Origin: Paramecium tetraurelia | Lineage: Eukaryota | DNA: 64,000 nt | Direction of reading: 5' to 3' | Assembly (NCBI GenBank): GCA_000165425.1 | Contig: CT867999.1 | Location: 186,001 to 250,000, forward strand | Shown: positions 39,325 through 52,100 of the stretch, piece by piece | Layout of the letters: each line of letters starts with the position of its first letter | How positions within the stretch are numbered: position 1 is the stretch's first letter | Translations under genes and position numbers: made by a program | Notes under the pieces: model-generated | Database searches by the model: none | Seen by the model: the letters and a program-made list of their open reading frames with translations, nothing else | What the model was told of the DNA's origin: nothing

Positions 39325-40968
39325 ATGAGAACTACTCGCATAGCTCAAACTAAGCAGCAAGGTAATTAAAACAAATTGACCTCCATCAAAAACACTCTCA
39401 AGTTTCAATTCGACGATGAAAACGACAAGAACATAGATCGCACTACAAGTCCCTCTGTGACCATAAAGGATCTGTGTTAGGAGGACAAGGCAAAAATAGG
39501 AGATCTAATCAAGAGACTGGCATAGGAGCAAGAAGAAAACAAAAAGCTCTAGGAACAGATAAGACTGAAGGAAGAGGAATGCAAGAAGTAAGTAACCAAA
39601 TACAAGCAACTTTCTGAATCGGCCAAAAAAGAATAGAAATAGACCGAAGAGAAATTCAAGGAATCCCTAGAAGTCATCAAGAAGTTGCAATAATAGGAAC
39701 ATTTGATTCAAGAATAGATGCTACTTACGAGAGTGAACAAATTTGACTCATTCACTTAATATGAGATTGAGAACAAAGAAAATAATTCAAAAGTCTCCCA
39801 AGCTCCAAATCCACCTCCTATACCTCCTCCCAAATAGTAGAAGAGTGAGATTTTGCAATTGAAAGCGGAGATCGAGGAATTTACAAACAGTTTGAAACAG
39901 TTATAGTTTGAATCAAGCAGTTAAGAAAGATAGGAGATTTCTCCTTTAAGGAAAGTAATTAAACCAGAACCGAAACAAGACAAATAAAGAGTGATTCCTA
40001 GACATCAGACACCTGTAAATGTGCCCAAACATGACCAAAGGAAGCACATTGAAGTATAAACCATTGATCCAGGAAATCATCCAAATCCACATTAAAATTC
40101 AGCAGACAAACAGATCTAAACAGAAACGGACAGTTTTGCAATTAATTCACACACATCCAACTTTTTCAAAAAGGAAGAATTGATTCAAACACAAGAACCC
40201 ATTAAAACTCCAGGAACTTAAAATACTTTATAGACAATTAGATTCTGCGAAGAATTTAAGAATCTAGAAAACAAGTTAAAATAAAACCAAAATCAATATT
40301 ACAATGGCAATAAGGATCCCTCAGTCCAATCTGACAGTTTTCAATAGAACCAACATTTTCAAGATGATGAATCATCAGATGAGGAGTTTACTATAGCTTA
40401 AGAATTACTGAAACGAAAAAACCAAAGAATATCATAGTAATATCAAAAGAGGTCGTCAGTGGGATCTCAAAGAGGCCAATAGGTTTCTGATGTTAGTCTA
40501 TAGAAATAATAGTAATTCCAAAATAGTTATCAGTAACAAGTTTAATAACCGTATTATCCATCTTCTTAACAATAAACACAATCAGCATAACAACAAAATC
40601 TGATTCAATCTAATTATTTCAAAACCAATACTCTAAGCTTCAATTTAACCAATTAGGAATACACACCTTAACAATCCATTCAAAAATCTGCTGAATAATT
40701 TGGATCGAGTGTCATGCAGACTCCTCAACAGAGAGAGATGCTTTCTCAATAATTGCAATTTTCTTAATAGGAGGAAGAAATTGATTCCGTCATCACCAGT
40801 TTGAATGGGAGATCCTTCAATAAACCGAATGTGTTTCAGCAAGAGCAATATCCCATGATTGAACAGCAACAGGAATCGTATTCTTCAGAGTCTTCTATTC
40901 CGAAGGAAGAATATCAGAAACTCATTGATAGATACATGAAAGATAATTAAGATTCTGATGATGATTGA
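39325..40968 (+). CDS. Hinderin (KIAA1328)-like coiled-coil protein with a Gln-rich tail
   Basis: TIKDLCQEDKAKIGDLIKRLAQEQEE resembles the hinderin motif LKDLCxEDKxxIxxLIKELA; 1644 nt frame. Confidence 0.7.
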
Positions 40969-41021
40969 ATACAATAATGAAAACTATAAAACATCAACAA
41001 TTAAATTATATTAATTTTCTT

Positions 41022-42790
41022 ATGAGTCGAAGGTAAAATATGAATGATGAAAACTTGAATTGGATTCTCAAGTATCCTAATGAGTTTTCACGAGAAGATT
41101 TTGAGTCTCAACACATGCATGTACTTAAGTAAGAACAATTTGGGTAATTAAAAGAATCAGATGAAATTTTGAATGCATAACTCTATACATTTTGGAATGG
41201 AACATTGGAATATAGTAAATTTATATTAATGCCAAATTTACTAATCAAGGTAACCATCTAAAATGGCTTGTTACAAATACCACAATCTCAATTTAATCAA
41301 AGTGGAGCTACCTATTATTTATCCCTATCGGAGTGTACGATCACTTAGAAAATGATCCAACATAGATCACAATAAGCTTTTGGCATGCTCTTAACCAATT
41401 CAATAGGCACCACTTACTTATTCTTCTCCAATTTCGTAACCTTTAGAACCTGGTACAAATAAATGAAACAATTTTGTAAACTCACAGGCTTTCTTGATAA
41501 ATACAAATTGGGTGACAAATTATTGCCTGGATTCTACACATGCACTAAGAAAACCAAGAAAACCCAATACACAGTCCAAATTTACAAAAGTGATGATTTC
41601 GAACAATGTTAAGAATTAGAAGACGCTGTTTATAATGAAATTTAGATACTGAGGAGTATCAAACATCAATCCTTGTTAGAATTAAAGAGAGTATATGAGA
41701 ATAATAAGTATCTTTTTATTGTCTATGAATACTATAAAGGTGAGACCCTCTTCAATCTACTAAATTCTAATCTCTAATTACATGAAGTATAAATTGCATC
41801 TGTAATTATTTGAATACTAATGCTAGATTATATATTAAATCCTCCAAGTCGTTAAATTTCTCAATTAGCATCAATTTTATCATGGTAGCATCAACCCTCA
41901 GAATGTCTTAATCAACACTCAACATCAAATGCTATAAATCACACTCATAAATCTCTCCTTCAAAGAATATAAAGTCAATGACAAATTAGATTGGATCTTG
42001 AATAGAGCAGTCGAGTCTTTCTTAGCTCCTGAGATCTTTGAAGGCATCGCACCCAACATATCGACTGATATCTATGCATTAGGCTGTGTATTATATTTTA
42101 TGACCTATTATGATTCAAAAAAATATGAAGTACTTTAAACCAATATGTATTTTAGATCAAGAATGAAGATAAAGATTTTTATAATGTTATGGACAATTTT
42201 GAGATTCAAAAAAATAGAATTGATGAAAGTGAACAACAATTAAAAGTGGGTTTCTAATAAAATCAATAGAAAAGCAAAGTCAGTTCGTCTTAATTGGATC
42301 TTCTAAGAAAAATGCTAGAAACTGATGCAAGTAAGTGTTTTATAATATGAGATAAAAGATTGACAATAAAAGAAGCTACTAAACACCATTGGTTTGTGAA
42401 TGTGAAAAGTAAAATTAAATCTTTGAAAGTTGAAAGAAAAAGAAAAAAACCACTTCCAAGTTTAAGAACCATAATTGAATTAAGAGAAATGAGTGAAATG
42501 GATGTGAGAATGACAATTATTTAACAACAATAAAGTGGATTAAATGCTTTAAATCATATGAATTCTAAGTTATAATCAACTCCCTCTAATACTAAACGAA
42601 CTTTAATTTACACCCAACAACCCTCTAAACTCATTCAATATGTGGCCAAGAATGAATTTGATGATGATTATGAAAGTAAGAATCCTATTGTTAACTTTCA
42701 GTCCCTGATGAAGAACTCTATTTGGAAGTCCCTGTGATTAGACGCAAAAGGGAACCCAAAAAACGACCTTCCAACATCAAATTGCTCTGA
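41022..42790 (+). CDS. PH-like domain plus CAMK-like pseudokinase
   Basis: FRTWYKQMKQFC (PH-type helix), then NEIQILRSIKH, YHGSINPQNVL (HRD lost), TLINLS (DFG lost), FLAPEIF, TDIYALG; no Gly-rich loop. Confidence 0.85.
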
Positions 42791-42865
42791 ACGATTGTTA
42801 ATCTATTCAAGTTAATTTAGAATTAAATGTGTTATTTCTAGATCTTTATTTAAATTAATTTTTAT

Positions 42866-44726
42866 TCATTTTTTTGGTTTCTAAGCAACTGGTTCATCTA
42901 TGTCATCACACTTTATTTGACTGTTAGAAAGAGGTGAGGAAGGGCTCTTCAACAAACTGTTTTACAACTTCACTTTCAATTTTTAAGAATCCTTTTAATT
43001 TATTTAATAAATATTACATTGCAATGATCTAAATATAGTTATAATTGGGTATCAATTTACTACTTTTACAAAACTGTATTCATTTTTGGAAAGTAATTGA
43101 GCCTTGATTACTAACTTTAGAGTGGTGATAAATTAATTTAATTCGCCTTGTCTTATTCTATATCATTTTCTATCAGATTTTGAGTAATGAATTGTTTCTA
43201 ATCGATCAGAGGCTTAGGTAAATTCTTTATTATTTCCATCTACTCTTTTGAAAATAAGATCCGCTTCAACATATCTATCTCTTACAATCTTTTTAGGATT
43301 GTTACTATGTCTAAATTCTTTATTATTTTTTTTCTCGCCTTCAGGAATTGCTAATGCTTTTCTTTCTACAACCCAAAAATGATTAGAAATGTCTCAAACA
43401 TAGACTTATTGAGCTTTTCATTCTTCTAACTATTTTAGCCTTCAATCTTCTTAAGACTGTTAGGAGGTGAGAATTCTCTCTCCGATTAATTGATTTAAAG
43501 TTGAGTTGAACGTTAATTTTGTTTTTCTGATGAATCCTGGAATCTGTAGAGGGAGTTTGCTAATTCTAGTTTCATCATATTGTCTATGACAGGTTTAAAT
43601 ATGATGGTAACAACCATCATAAAGATTTGCAATATACCCCCCAGTTTTCCTAGAATCGTTTACAATTTGATATATGTTCTAAAATTATTAGTCTGTTTGA
43701 AGTCTAACTTAATAACGTGAAGAACAAGATATTAGTGGTTATAAAAGTCTGATATTTCTCTCCATTCCGTTTGTTGAATATTTTACTCAACATTTTCATC
43801 TTCCAAAATCATTCCTTGATCTGTGATTGTTTGTACTATTCTGTATGACTAGACAATCGTTTTTGATGTGCTATAAGAAAATCCACTGAAATCATTTGTG
43901 ATTATTTATTTATATGGTTTCCCAGGCTGATCAAGCTGGGATATATAGTCACTTTTGTAGACATTATAACGTCCAGCCTATAAGACTTCTTCTATCTCTT
44001 CCTAAGGAGCACACCCTTGGTAAGTACTGCTATTCAAGCAAGCTGTGAATTGGATGTACAAGTATTTATACTCCAAGGCATTGAATAAGCCCTTTAAGAC
44101 CTAATAAATTATTCGAATGTCATACTGGAGGATTTTTCTATTGATACTCTCGATTAATACATTACACTGCTCCAAATCGGATGGTCTTGAAGTACTCTAT
44201 CTAAAGGTCAGTAGTAAAATGCGACATGTTGCAGGGTTCAAGCGGCATTTCGTTACAACTTAATTAGTTTCATTGATACTTTAATTGAACTGTTATATTT
44301 CCTGTCGATTGGTCTCTTATCCTCACTCTGTCACACTGACTCACGCTTATATTGAAATACCTATTTATTCCAATCACTGGTTCCGAAAAGCGATCGGCTA
44401 TTGTTATTGCTAGCGTAAAATTTTCATTGTTGAGATAAAATGACTAAGCTCAAATGAATTGATGTTACATCTGTCTCTATGACTTGTATTTCTGAGGAAT
44501 ATATCGAGGGCTTTGATTTCGAAAGCATTTATTGCACTTCATTAATCAAATAGTATATGGATAGTGTTCCTATTAAAAGTGACATCACAAAGCCTAATTA
44601 AGAGGTGTATTTATTCCTATTGAGAACTGTGAAGCTTGGAAGTTGGCCAAATATGTCTAATTGATACATAAATTCATTTTTCAAATTTAACAACCCCTTG
44701 GAAAACTTTTCCATTATATTTGGCAT
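42866..44726 (-). CDS. Ciliate two-transmembrane protein (copy B, paralog of 9013-10887)
   Basis: Colinear with copy A, including intron positions, LDIFGQLPSFTVLNRNKYTS and RTYIKLQTILGKLGGILQIF. Confidence 0.85.
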
Positions 44727-45401
44727 TTTAAATTAATATCACGTTTAAGAGATGTAAAAAGATATAAAAATTGAAGATATTTTTTATCGATTTTACATTA
44801 TTGAAATATTAAAAACTTAATGTATGTTGTTAAGCTACATTTTTATAAACACAATAATAATGAAAATGCATTCATATGCTTTAAAAAAATTAATTATTAA
44901 ATCATTAAAATTCATTTGCAAGATTACTGATTAACTTGAAAGAGTAAAATTATTATTTTAGAGTTTCATTTGGGAATTTAGATTATCCAACTACAAATAA
45001 GGTTTATTATCTACATGAGAAACTTCCAATAAATCGATGCAAGTTTAGCTATTTATTCAACATTACAATCAATAAATGTTGTTGAATTATTCTAATAGTT
45101 TTCGCAGAGTAATTTAATGAATCTTTACCTCCATAAACACTCGCTTAAGAAACTGATATTAAATTGTATCTAGCATATTAATGAAATTATATAAAATAGA
45201 AAATTGATAAATTCTTTATAAAAATGTTGAAGTTCAATTTGTCACTCTACAGTCAATAAATGCTCAATTAGATGGTCACAGATAGTATTTTGGTTACATA
45301 TCTTAAGTTTAGTAAGTGGAAAAGTTTGATGATTTGTATAATCTTATTTATATTGCAAAAATAATTTTTTTATTTTATTAATAAACTAATATCAAGGGGA
45401 T

Positions 45402-46230
45402 ATGGAGAATACAAACTATTTAAAAAGGAGGTTCAGAAGTAGTGGTTCACTCGATATGAGGGATACAATGTCCAGTTCTTAAGGGTTTTTTAGCACCAAT
45501 AAACTATTCGTAAATTAATAAGGATTAAGTTCCAACATTTCCTCATCTACTTTAAGACATACTGCTCTCCAATTTTCCTTTCCAAGAGCCCATAGATTTA
45601 ATTCATAATCAGAAACTAATATTTAAGCTTTAGAACTCCCAAGTTAATTAGGAAGCAAAACAACTTCCTAAGGATTTGGGGGCAGAATAGAAAACTTTTA
45701 ATGGATGTGGTAAGAATCAAATGCTAAGGAAATGCCAAGTCCAGACAGATATGAGGTAAGAGAAATCCCTGGGAAGGATAAACTCAAAAGGTCTTTCGGA
45801 GGACCTTGGGAATTGTACTCTAAAACATATCTGCCCTATAATAAGAACTAAGCCCCAGAATTTGCCAAATTTCTGCCTGGTAATTATTCACGCTTAATTT
45901 GAGGCCCTGGAGAATATAAAGTTAGAAAGGATTTGGGTTAGCATAGATATAAATTTTTATTGAAAGGGAAGGGCAAGATGTTGAATGATAATCCTGAAAA
46001 TGGAGTTCCAGGCCCTGAGGCTTATTCTCCTACCACCAAACTTACCTCGCCATCTCGATTTAAAGTAAAGAGCAATTTTGATTAATTAGGAAATCACTTA
46101 AGGGATAGGTGAAAAAAAAGATCCCTTTCGATCAACCAGTACAACCCCAGGCCCAGGTAAGTATGAATTACCATCCGCGTTCTCGAAAAAACTTAGGGTA
46201 AGAGGAGGGGACAAACGGGCTTTCATATGA
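45402..46230 (+). CDS. SHIPPO/PG-rich repeat ciliary protein
   Basis: PSPDRY, LPGPGEY, VPGPEAY, TPGPGKYELPS motifs; short introns. Confidence 0.85.
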
Positions 46231-46927
46231 TAATGAATAATCAGCTATTAAAAGCAATCATTATTTTTCTCATTAAGTATTATCAAATTTAACTTTGAAT
46301 CAATTAATTATCCTAATTTACATAATTCCTATGAAAACTCTGTCTGTAAAAGTATACTCATAAATTTTGTCAAGATCTCTAAATCCATCAAAATTATTGA
46401 TATTTATTATTGTCTATAATCTTATCTGTAATTTTGGAACATATTCTTTAAAAAAAGATTCCATTTGTATGAAAATTTATAATTCCCTTTTTTAAAAATG
46501 AATAAATTGAAATGTAATAATTTAAAGTACAAGAAGAATGTGTTTATATATATACTTTAGATATAAGAGTTTGTAATAAAACAGTTAGGTTTTTTATATT
46601 ATTAATTATGTGTGTGGTTTATTTAAACAAATAGATCCTGAAAAATGAAATTGGTTTATTTTTAAGGATATGCACCTTATAAATTTGAGTATCAAAATTG
46701 TGTTGGGTTTAACATCAAAATATTTGTGAAAAAATGTCAAAACGAAGGGATTTATGCTGCAATTTATGACACAGCTTATTGTGGAGTTTAAATATTCAGC
46801 TTAAAATTTCTTTGAGGAACACTTACGTTGAGCTTGAAGAAACGATTGGCTGTAAATGATTTACATATAAGAAATAATATTTATTCGATTTTGATCTTGA
46901 ATAATATAATAATTTTAATCCGTTTTG

Positions 46928-48860
46928 ATGATTAAGTACTTACTTTTTGTATGTTTGATCACAACACCTTTTGCCCAAACATCTGAGGCAGTTGTAACTC
47001 ATTATGATTTGGAGGGCAATTTGATTTAGGAAGACAATTCCTTACAAGTATCTGATGACATTGACAGTATGAATTCAATGACCATGAATTAAAAAGATGT
47101 ATACTCAAATGACATGGACTCAATCGGAACTGATAGCATGGATTATTAATCACCAGAATAAGAATCTGTTGAAAGTAGCAATCTTGAAGCTCCAATGAAT
47201 TTAGAATAAACTGAGAATGACAGTATGAATGTTGACCCCAATTCCATGTCAGCCTTAGATTCTATGACAATGAATGGCAGTTTGGAAAACTCTATGCCTG
47301 AATAAGATTCCATGTACAGCACCAATGATCCAAATAATATTAATGCTGTTGAACCTAACTCAGTGGAAGAAGCATTACCCACACAAAACACTGAGGTTTC
47401 TAATTTGGCTGATGCTAACTCAGAGGTTAGCAATGAAATACAGAACACTAATTTGATTGCAGATCCCAATGAAATCAATATTGTTGATCCAAATAATCTT
47501 GGAATACCTTAGGATAATCAAATTGATGTTTAAAATATTTTAGAATCAAATGTTGGATTTACTACTGAGACTAACGATCCAAACAATTTAAGCTAAAATG
47601 AAGTTGATCCAAATATGGCATTTGAAGTTCTTACAAATACAGATAATTTATAATCATCTTCGGAATTGGAAAATGGATTTGCTTAAAGTGAAGTTACTAT
47701 GGAAAAAAATAAAGTGAAAGAAATTCCTGAACCAAAAAACGATGAGGAGCATGGTTCAGGTTAAGGGGAAGAAAAATCAGAAGAGGAATCTGAAGAACAT
47801 TAAAATGGTACTTAATAATCCAACCACGGACATTCCTAGGGATAAGATAATTCCAATACTCCAGGATTAGGATCTGGTCATCATACAGATTAAGGAGATG
47901 GTGATTAAGGATAAGGAGATGGTGATTAAGGACATGGTGATTAAGGACATGGAGATTAAGGTCATGGTGATTAAGGACATGGCGATTAAGGACATGGTGA
48001 TCAAGGACATGGAGATGGAGATTAAGGACATGGTGATGGAGATTAAGGACATGGCGATGGTGATTAAGGACATGGTGATGGAGATTAAGGACATGGCGAT
48101 GGAGATTAAGGACATGGCGATGGTGATTAAGGACATGGTGATGGTGATTAAGGACATGGTGATGGAGATTAAGGACACGGTGACGGCGATTAAGGATAAG
48201 GTGAGGAAAACCAAGGATAAGGAAATGGAGATTAAGGATAAGGTGATGGTGATTAAGGACAAGGTGACGGTGATTAAGGATAAGGAGACTAAGGATAAGG
48301 TGATGGAGACTAAGGATAAGGAGATGGAGACTAAGGATAAGAAGGTGGAGATTAAGGATAAGGTGATGGAGATTAAGGGTAAGGTGATGGAGATTAAGGG
48401 TAAGGTGATGGAGACTAAGGATAAGGTGACGGTGATTAAGGATAAGGTGACGGTGATTAAGGATAAGGAGATGGAGATTAAGGATAAGGTGAAGATAACT
48501 AAAATGGAGTTAAGGGAGAACTTAAGGCAGTAGATTCAACCACTAGTAAATCATTAGTTTAAGGAAATTGTATTATCATTTATTCTTAATGTAACTTCAA
48601 GGGAGAATCCTTAGAAGCATGCAATAGTTTAAGCGAAATTGAGTAAATTTATTAATTATCCTAGGGAATTCAAAGCTTAAATTAGATCAATATATATCCC
48701 AGATGGATTGGGATTGACAGTTTATGATGGCGAGAACTTTACTGGTAACCTACATAAATTCAAATCCTCTTAGGAATGTTTGAAAACCCCATTATCATTT
48801 GCCCAATTAGCCAATTCTGGAAATTAGTTGAGAGGATAAAATTTGAGGTCTAGATAGTGA
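46928..48860 (+). CDS. Secreted acidic protein with Gly-Asp-Gln-His repeats and a C-terminal beta/gamma-crystallin domain
   Basis: Signal MIKYLLFVCLITTPFA; N/D/E-rich region; (GDQGHGD)n/(GDQGQGD)n; C-terminal CIIIYSQCNFKGESLEAC...IRSIYIPDGLGLTVYDGENFTG. Confidence 0.85.
47888..48490 (+). repeat. Coding minisatellite of 15/21 nt units
   Basis: Tandem GATTAAGGA(CAT/TAA)GGT(GATGGA) units; His-coding units first, Gln-coding units later. Confidence 0.95.
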
Positions 48861-49139
48861 AAGCATTATAATATTCATATCACATTATTTCGATCATTCT
48901 TTATAGATTAAAATATAAGAAGTTAAATATCCATTTGTATACAGATTGCAGAGTGTTCTATCGCATCCATTTAGATCTTTTGTAAATGTTTCAACAATTA
49001 AATGGTTTTACATCATTGTTTACACTCGAATAATCAGCTTAATTCAAATCGAGCCAGGAAATTCAAATTGACAGTTTAACAGAATTAAATGTTATTATTA
49101 TTATTTAAAAGTAAATTCTTATACATACTAAATAATTGA

Positions 49140-52100
49140 TCAATTAACCAAAATGCCTGGCTTAATGAATAAAATCATCACAACCACTACAGTGATAAAA
49201 AGTCCAGCGAAGATTTTGACATAAAGCATAAAATTGCCCATACCAAAACCTGCTCCCTTGAAAAAGTCAGCCAACCCTCTTCCCTCAGTTGGTTTAACTA
49301 AATAAGGATCTTCATTTGGCTCATCCTATCCATCTCCAACAGGTTATCCATCAGCTTATTGTTTCGTAAGTATCTTCATTTGAATGAGTACTTAACCTCT
49401 GTTTTACCCAGGATAATTTGGATGAGACAGCTTTATTTTGGTGGGAGGCATCTCATATTTTCCATCCCTTGATAATCTTTTGATAATTCTATGGGTTAAA
49501 CATATATACTTACGGTTTTAATGACATAGTAGCTTCTCCAAGGGATTCATTAGAACCAAAGGGTGAAAAGTCATAGACTGTCATCTTTAACCTTGGGAAT
49601 GGGCATGGAATAACCAGTGGAAATCTCATACGATAAGAGAAGGATCCATCACCATTGTCACTACCATTGTGTACATCTGTCTCTTTGGCTACTTCAGCAT
49701 CTTTGCCTGTAGCAGAGGCATCCATAGCTACGGTTACCATAATGTCGACAACTTTCTTAGTTGCTACCTTTGGTATTTCAAAAGTTTCCCAAATGATCAG
49801 TCTTACCTCGTATTCCTAGGGTAATGGAGCCTACAATGGAGCAGGTTCAATCTCTCTTGCTATATCAATAGGCAAGACTTCCAGAAACATCTCAACAGTT
49901 CCTTAAGAGGCTTGTTGTCTTCCATCTATTTTTAAATCCTTATACTCAACAGGAACCTTGAACTTCTTATCAAAGTTTTCAATTCTTTATTACAAATCTG
50001 TAATTTGTCCTGAAAGATATCCTTTACGTCTTTCAGCATTTTGACTATCATCATATTTTAAGGCTTCTTTTTCAGTTTCAAACCTTTCTTTAAAGACAGT
50101 GTAAGCTATTCTCTACTTTAACTTTTCTTCACCAACAACTCTATCTTCAATGTCAATTTGAATGCTACCAATAACAGAATCGAACATCCCTTTACTTTTA
50201 ATATGTAATTTCATTTTCCAATCAGTGGGTAATTCTGCATCCAACTCATACATCCTGAAAAAATTAGGACTTAATGTATTTTCAATTGGTCTATCCTGAT
50301 CAGTGATGTGTTTGATCAAATCTTGATTATCATGTCCGCTTTCCCCTATGAAGATTTCTGGATAGGAATCTGCTGAGCAAACAGCTTAAAGTCCAGCCAT
50401 TTTATGATAAGCGTCTATATCTTACTTTTATGCTGCTAAATTGAGACATCTCAAAATGTATAATCTCACTTTTAACCTGTAAGGCTGATTGAAGAATTAT
50501 AGAAAGCCCTCATCAAATAGATTAAAGGAATAATCATCTGGCTTATCTGGTACATCCTTTACTGAGGATTTCTTTTTTGAAGTTTTCGACACCTTTGATT
50601 TTTTAGATTATTTCTGGTTATCAATCACAGTTCCCCCATAATCTGATATTCTAATATCTCCTTTAATAACCGCATCAGTTGGATTCCCAATTAATCCATA
50701 TTTAGTTGAAGACAATCTATATAGAGCAAATCTTCTAAACGGAATCTTGGGAGCTAATTTCTCTTCATATGGACCCTTTAACACTTCTCTACCATAATCA
50801 TACCCTTCATCCTCATCTACTTCATTGGTTCCTTTAAAATAGTTTGTTTCTTTAATCTCTACTCCTTTCAATTTTTCTACCTCTCTCTTAATGAGTAATT
50901 TCAATTGATCGAACTTCTTATATTTTGTCTTATAAGTCTTTATCATTCCCAACAATTTCTTCTCCTTTTCCTTATTCTCCTTCTTCTTGTCTATAATATC
51001 CTCCAATTCAAATGTAAGATGTGTCATCTCAGTAACTTCGACATTCTGAACTCCCTTATTCTTTAATGTAGATTTTATCTTCAAATCAGGTCTCTCTGCC
51101 ATCACACTTAACTTGGACATTGTTGAATACTTTTGGGATTTGCCTGATTAATTACTCTACTTTTATTAACTCATCTTTTCAGGTGCAACACTCTACTTCA
51201 CAGTTTCTTTAGGTTGTGTTTCCTTTGGCATAACAGTGTCTTTTTGATCTTATTATTTTTATGATTCTGCATCATGGTTTACAATCACATTCTCATTATC
51301 TTCCTAAAGGTCCTCATTTTTGCCTACATTTAACTAAATATCATCAAAATTTTTCCCTTATTCAAAAAAATTCCTTGCTTCATCAATTAAAATTTAATCC
51401 TTTGTTTAAGCTACATCAATCAATGGAATTGAACAAATGTATCTTTCACTTTTATTGAATGTATCAGATAATTGAATTTCCAATTAAGGATAGAATTTGA
51501 TGTCCTCTGGTAAAAAAACCTTTAAATTAACCAATTTTAAGAAGACTGGATCTTGAATTCCTCCTCCAAACCAACTCTTATCATTTTCTAATAAATCTTT
51601 TTAAGCCTAAATAATTTCACAAGGCTCACTATTGTAATAACTTGGATTTTCAACACTTGAATCAACCATATTAAATGGAACTGGCACTTAAACCATTAAT
51701 TTTGGATCTTTCATTTTCTATTTTAGATTTCTCACTCCAAACACTGGGAATTGAGCCCATTTTTAAGTGAATCCTTCTTAGGGAATTATGGGAGTTGGGT
51801 CTTCTGAAAAAGCTTCTTTATTCTTACCCAATTCTCTTAATTTAAATGCTGCCAAAATTCTGCCAGCTGATTAACCTTAATTGATTATATGATGGAATCC
51901 AAAGATGGGATCACCTTCATACTTACAAACAAGAGCAGGTATGCATATATCTCCAATGTGATTATTACTGAACCATGAATTGGATTTCTTTTGATTTGTA
52001 AAAGTTATAATGATGTTGCTTGCAAATTCAAGATTTTAATCTATTTTCACAATTTTCTCGAATGCCTTATTCCAAATTGGATTCTTGCCTGATTGTGGCT

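Noticed and set aside
47867..48533. ORF-track proteins MVIKD... (plus) and MSLIT... (minus), or a CRISPR-like array
   Set aside because: Shadow frames of the GDQGH coding minisatellite; there are no unique spacers.
5252..48860. A secretory-granule gene cluster (TMP-like gene, two crystallin-tail genes, nearby ferlin)
   Set aside because: The genes are tens of kb apart among unrelated genes and belong to large families, so chance co-occurrence is plausible.
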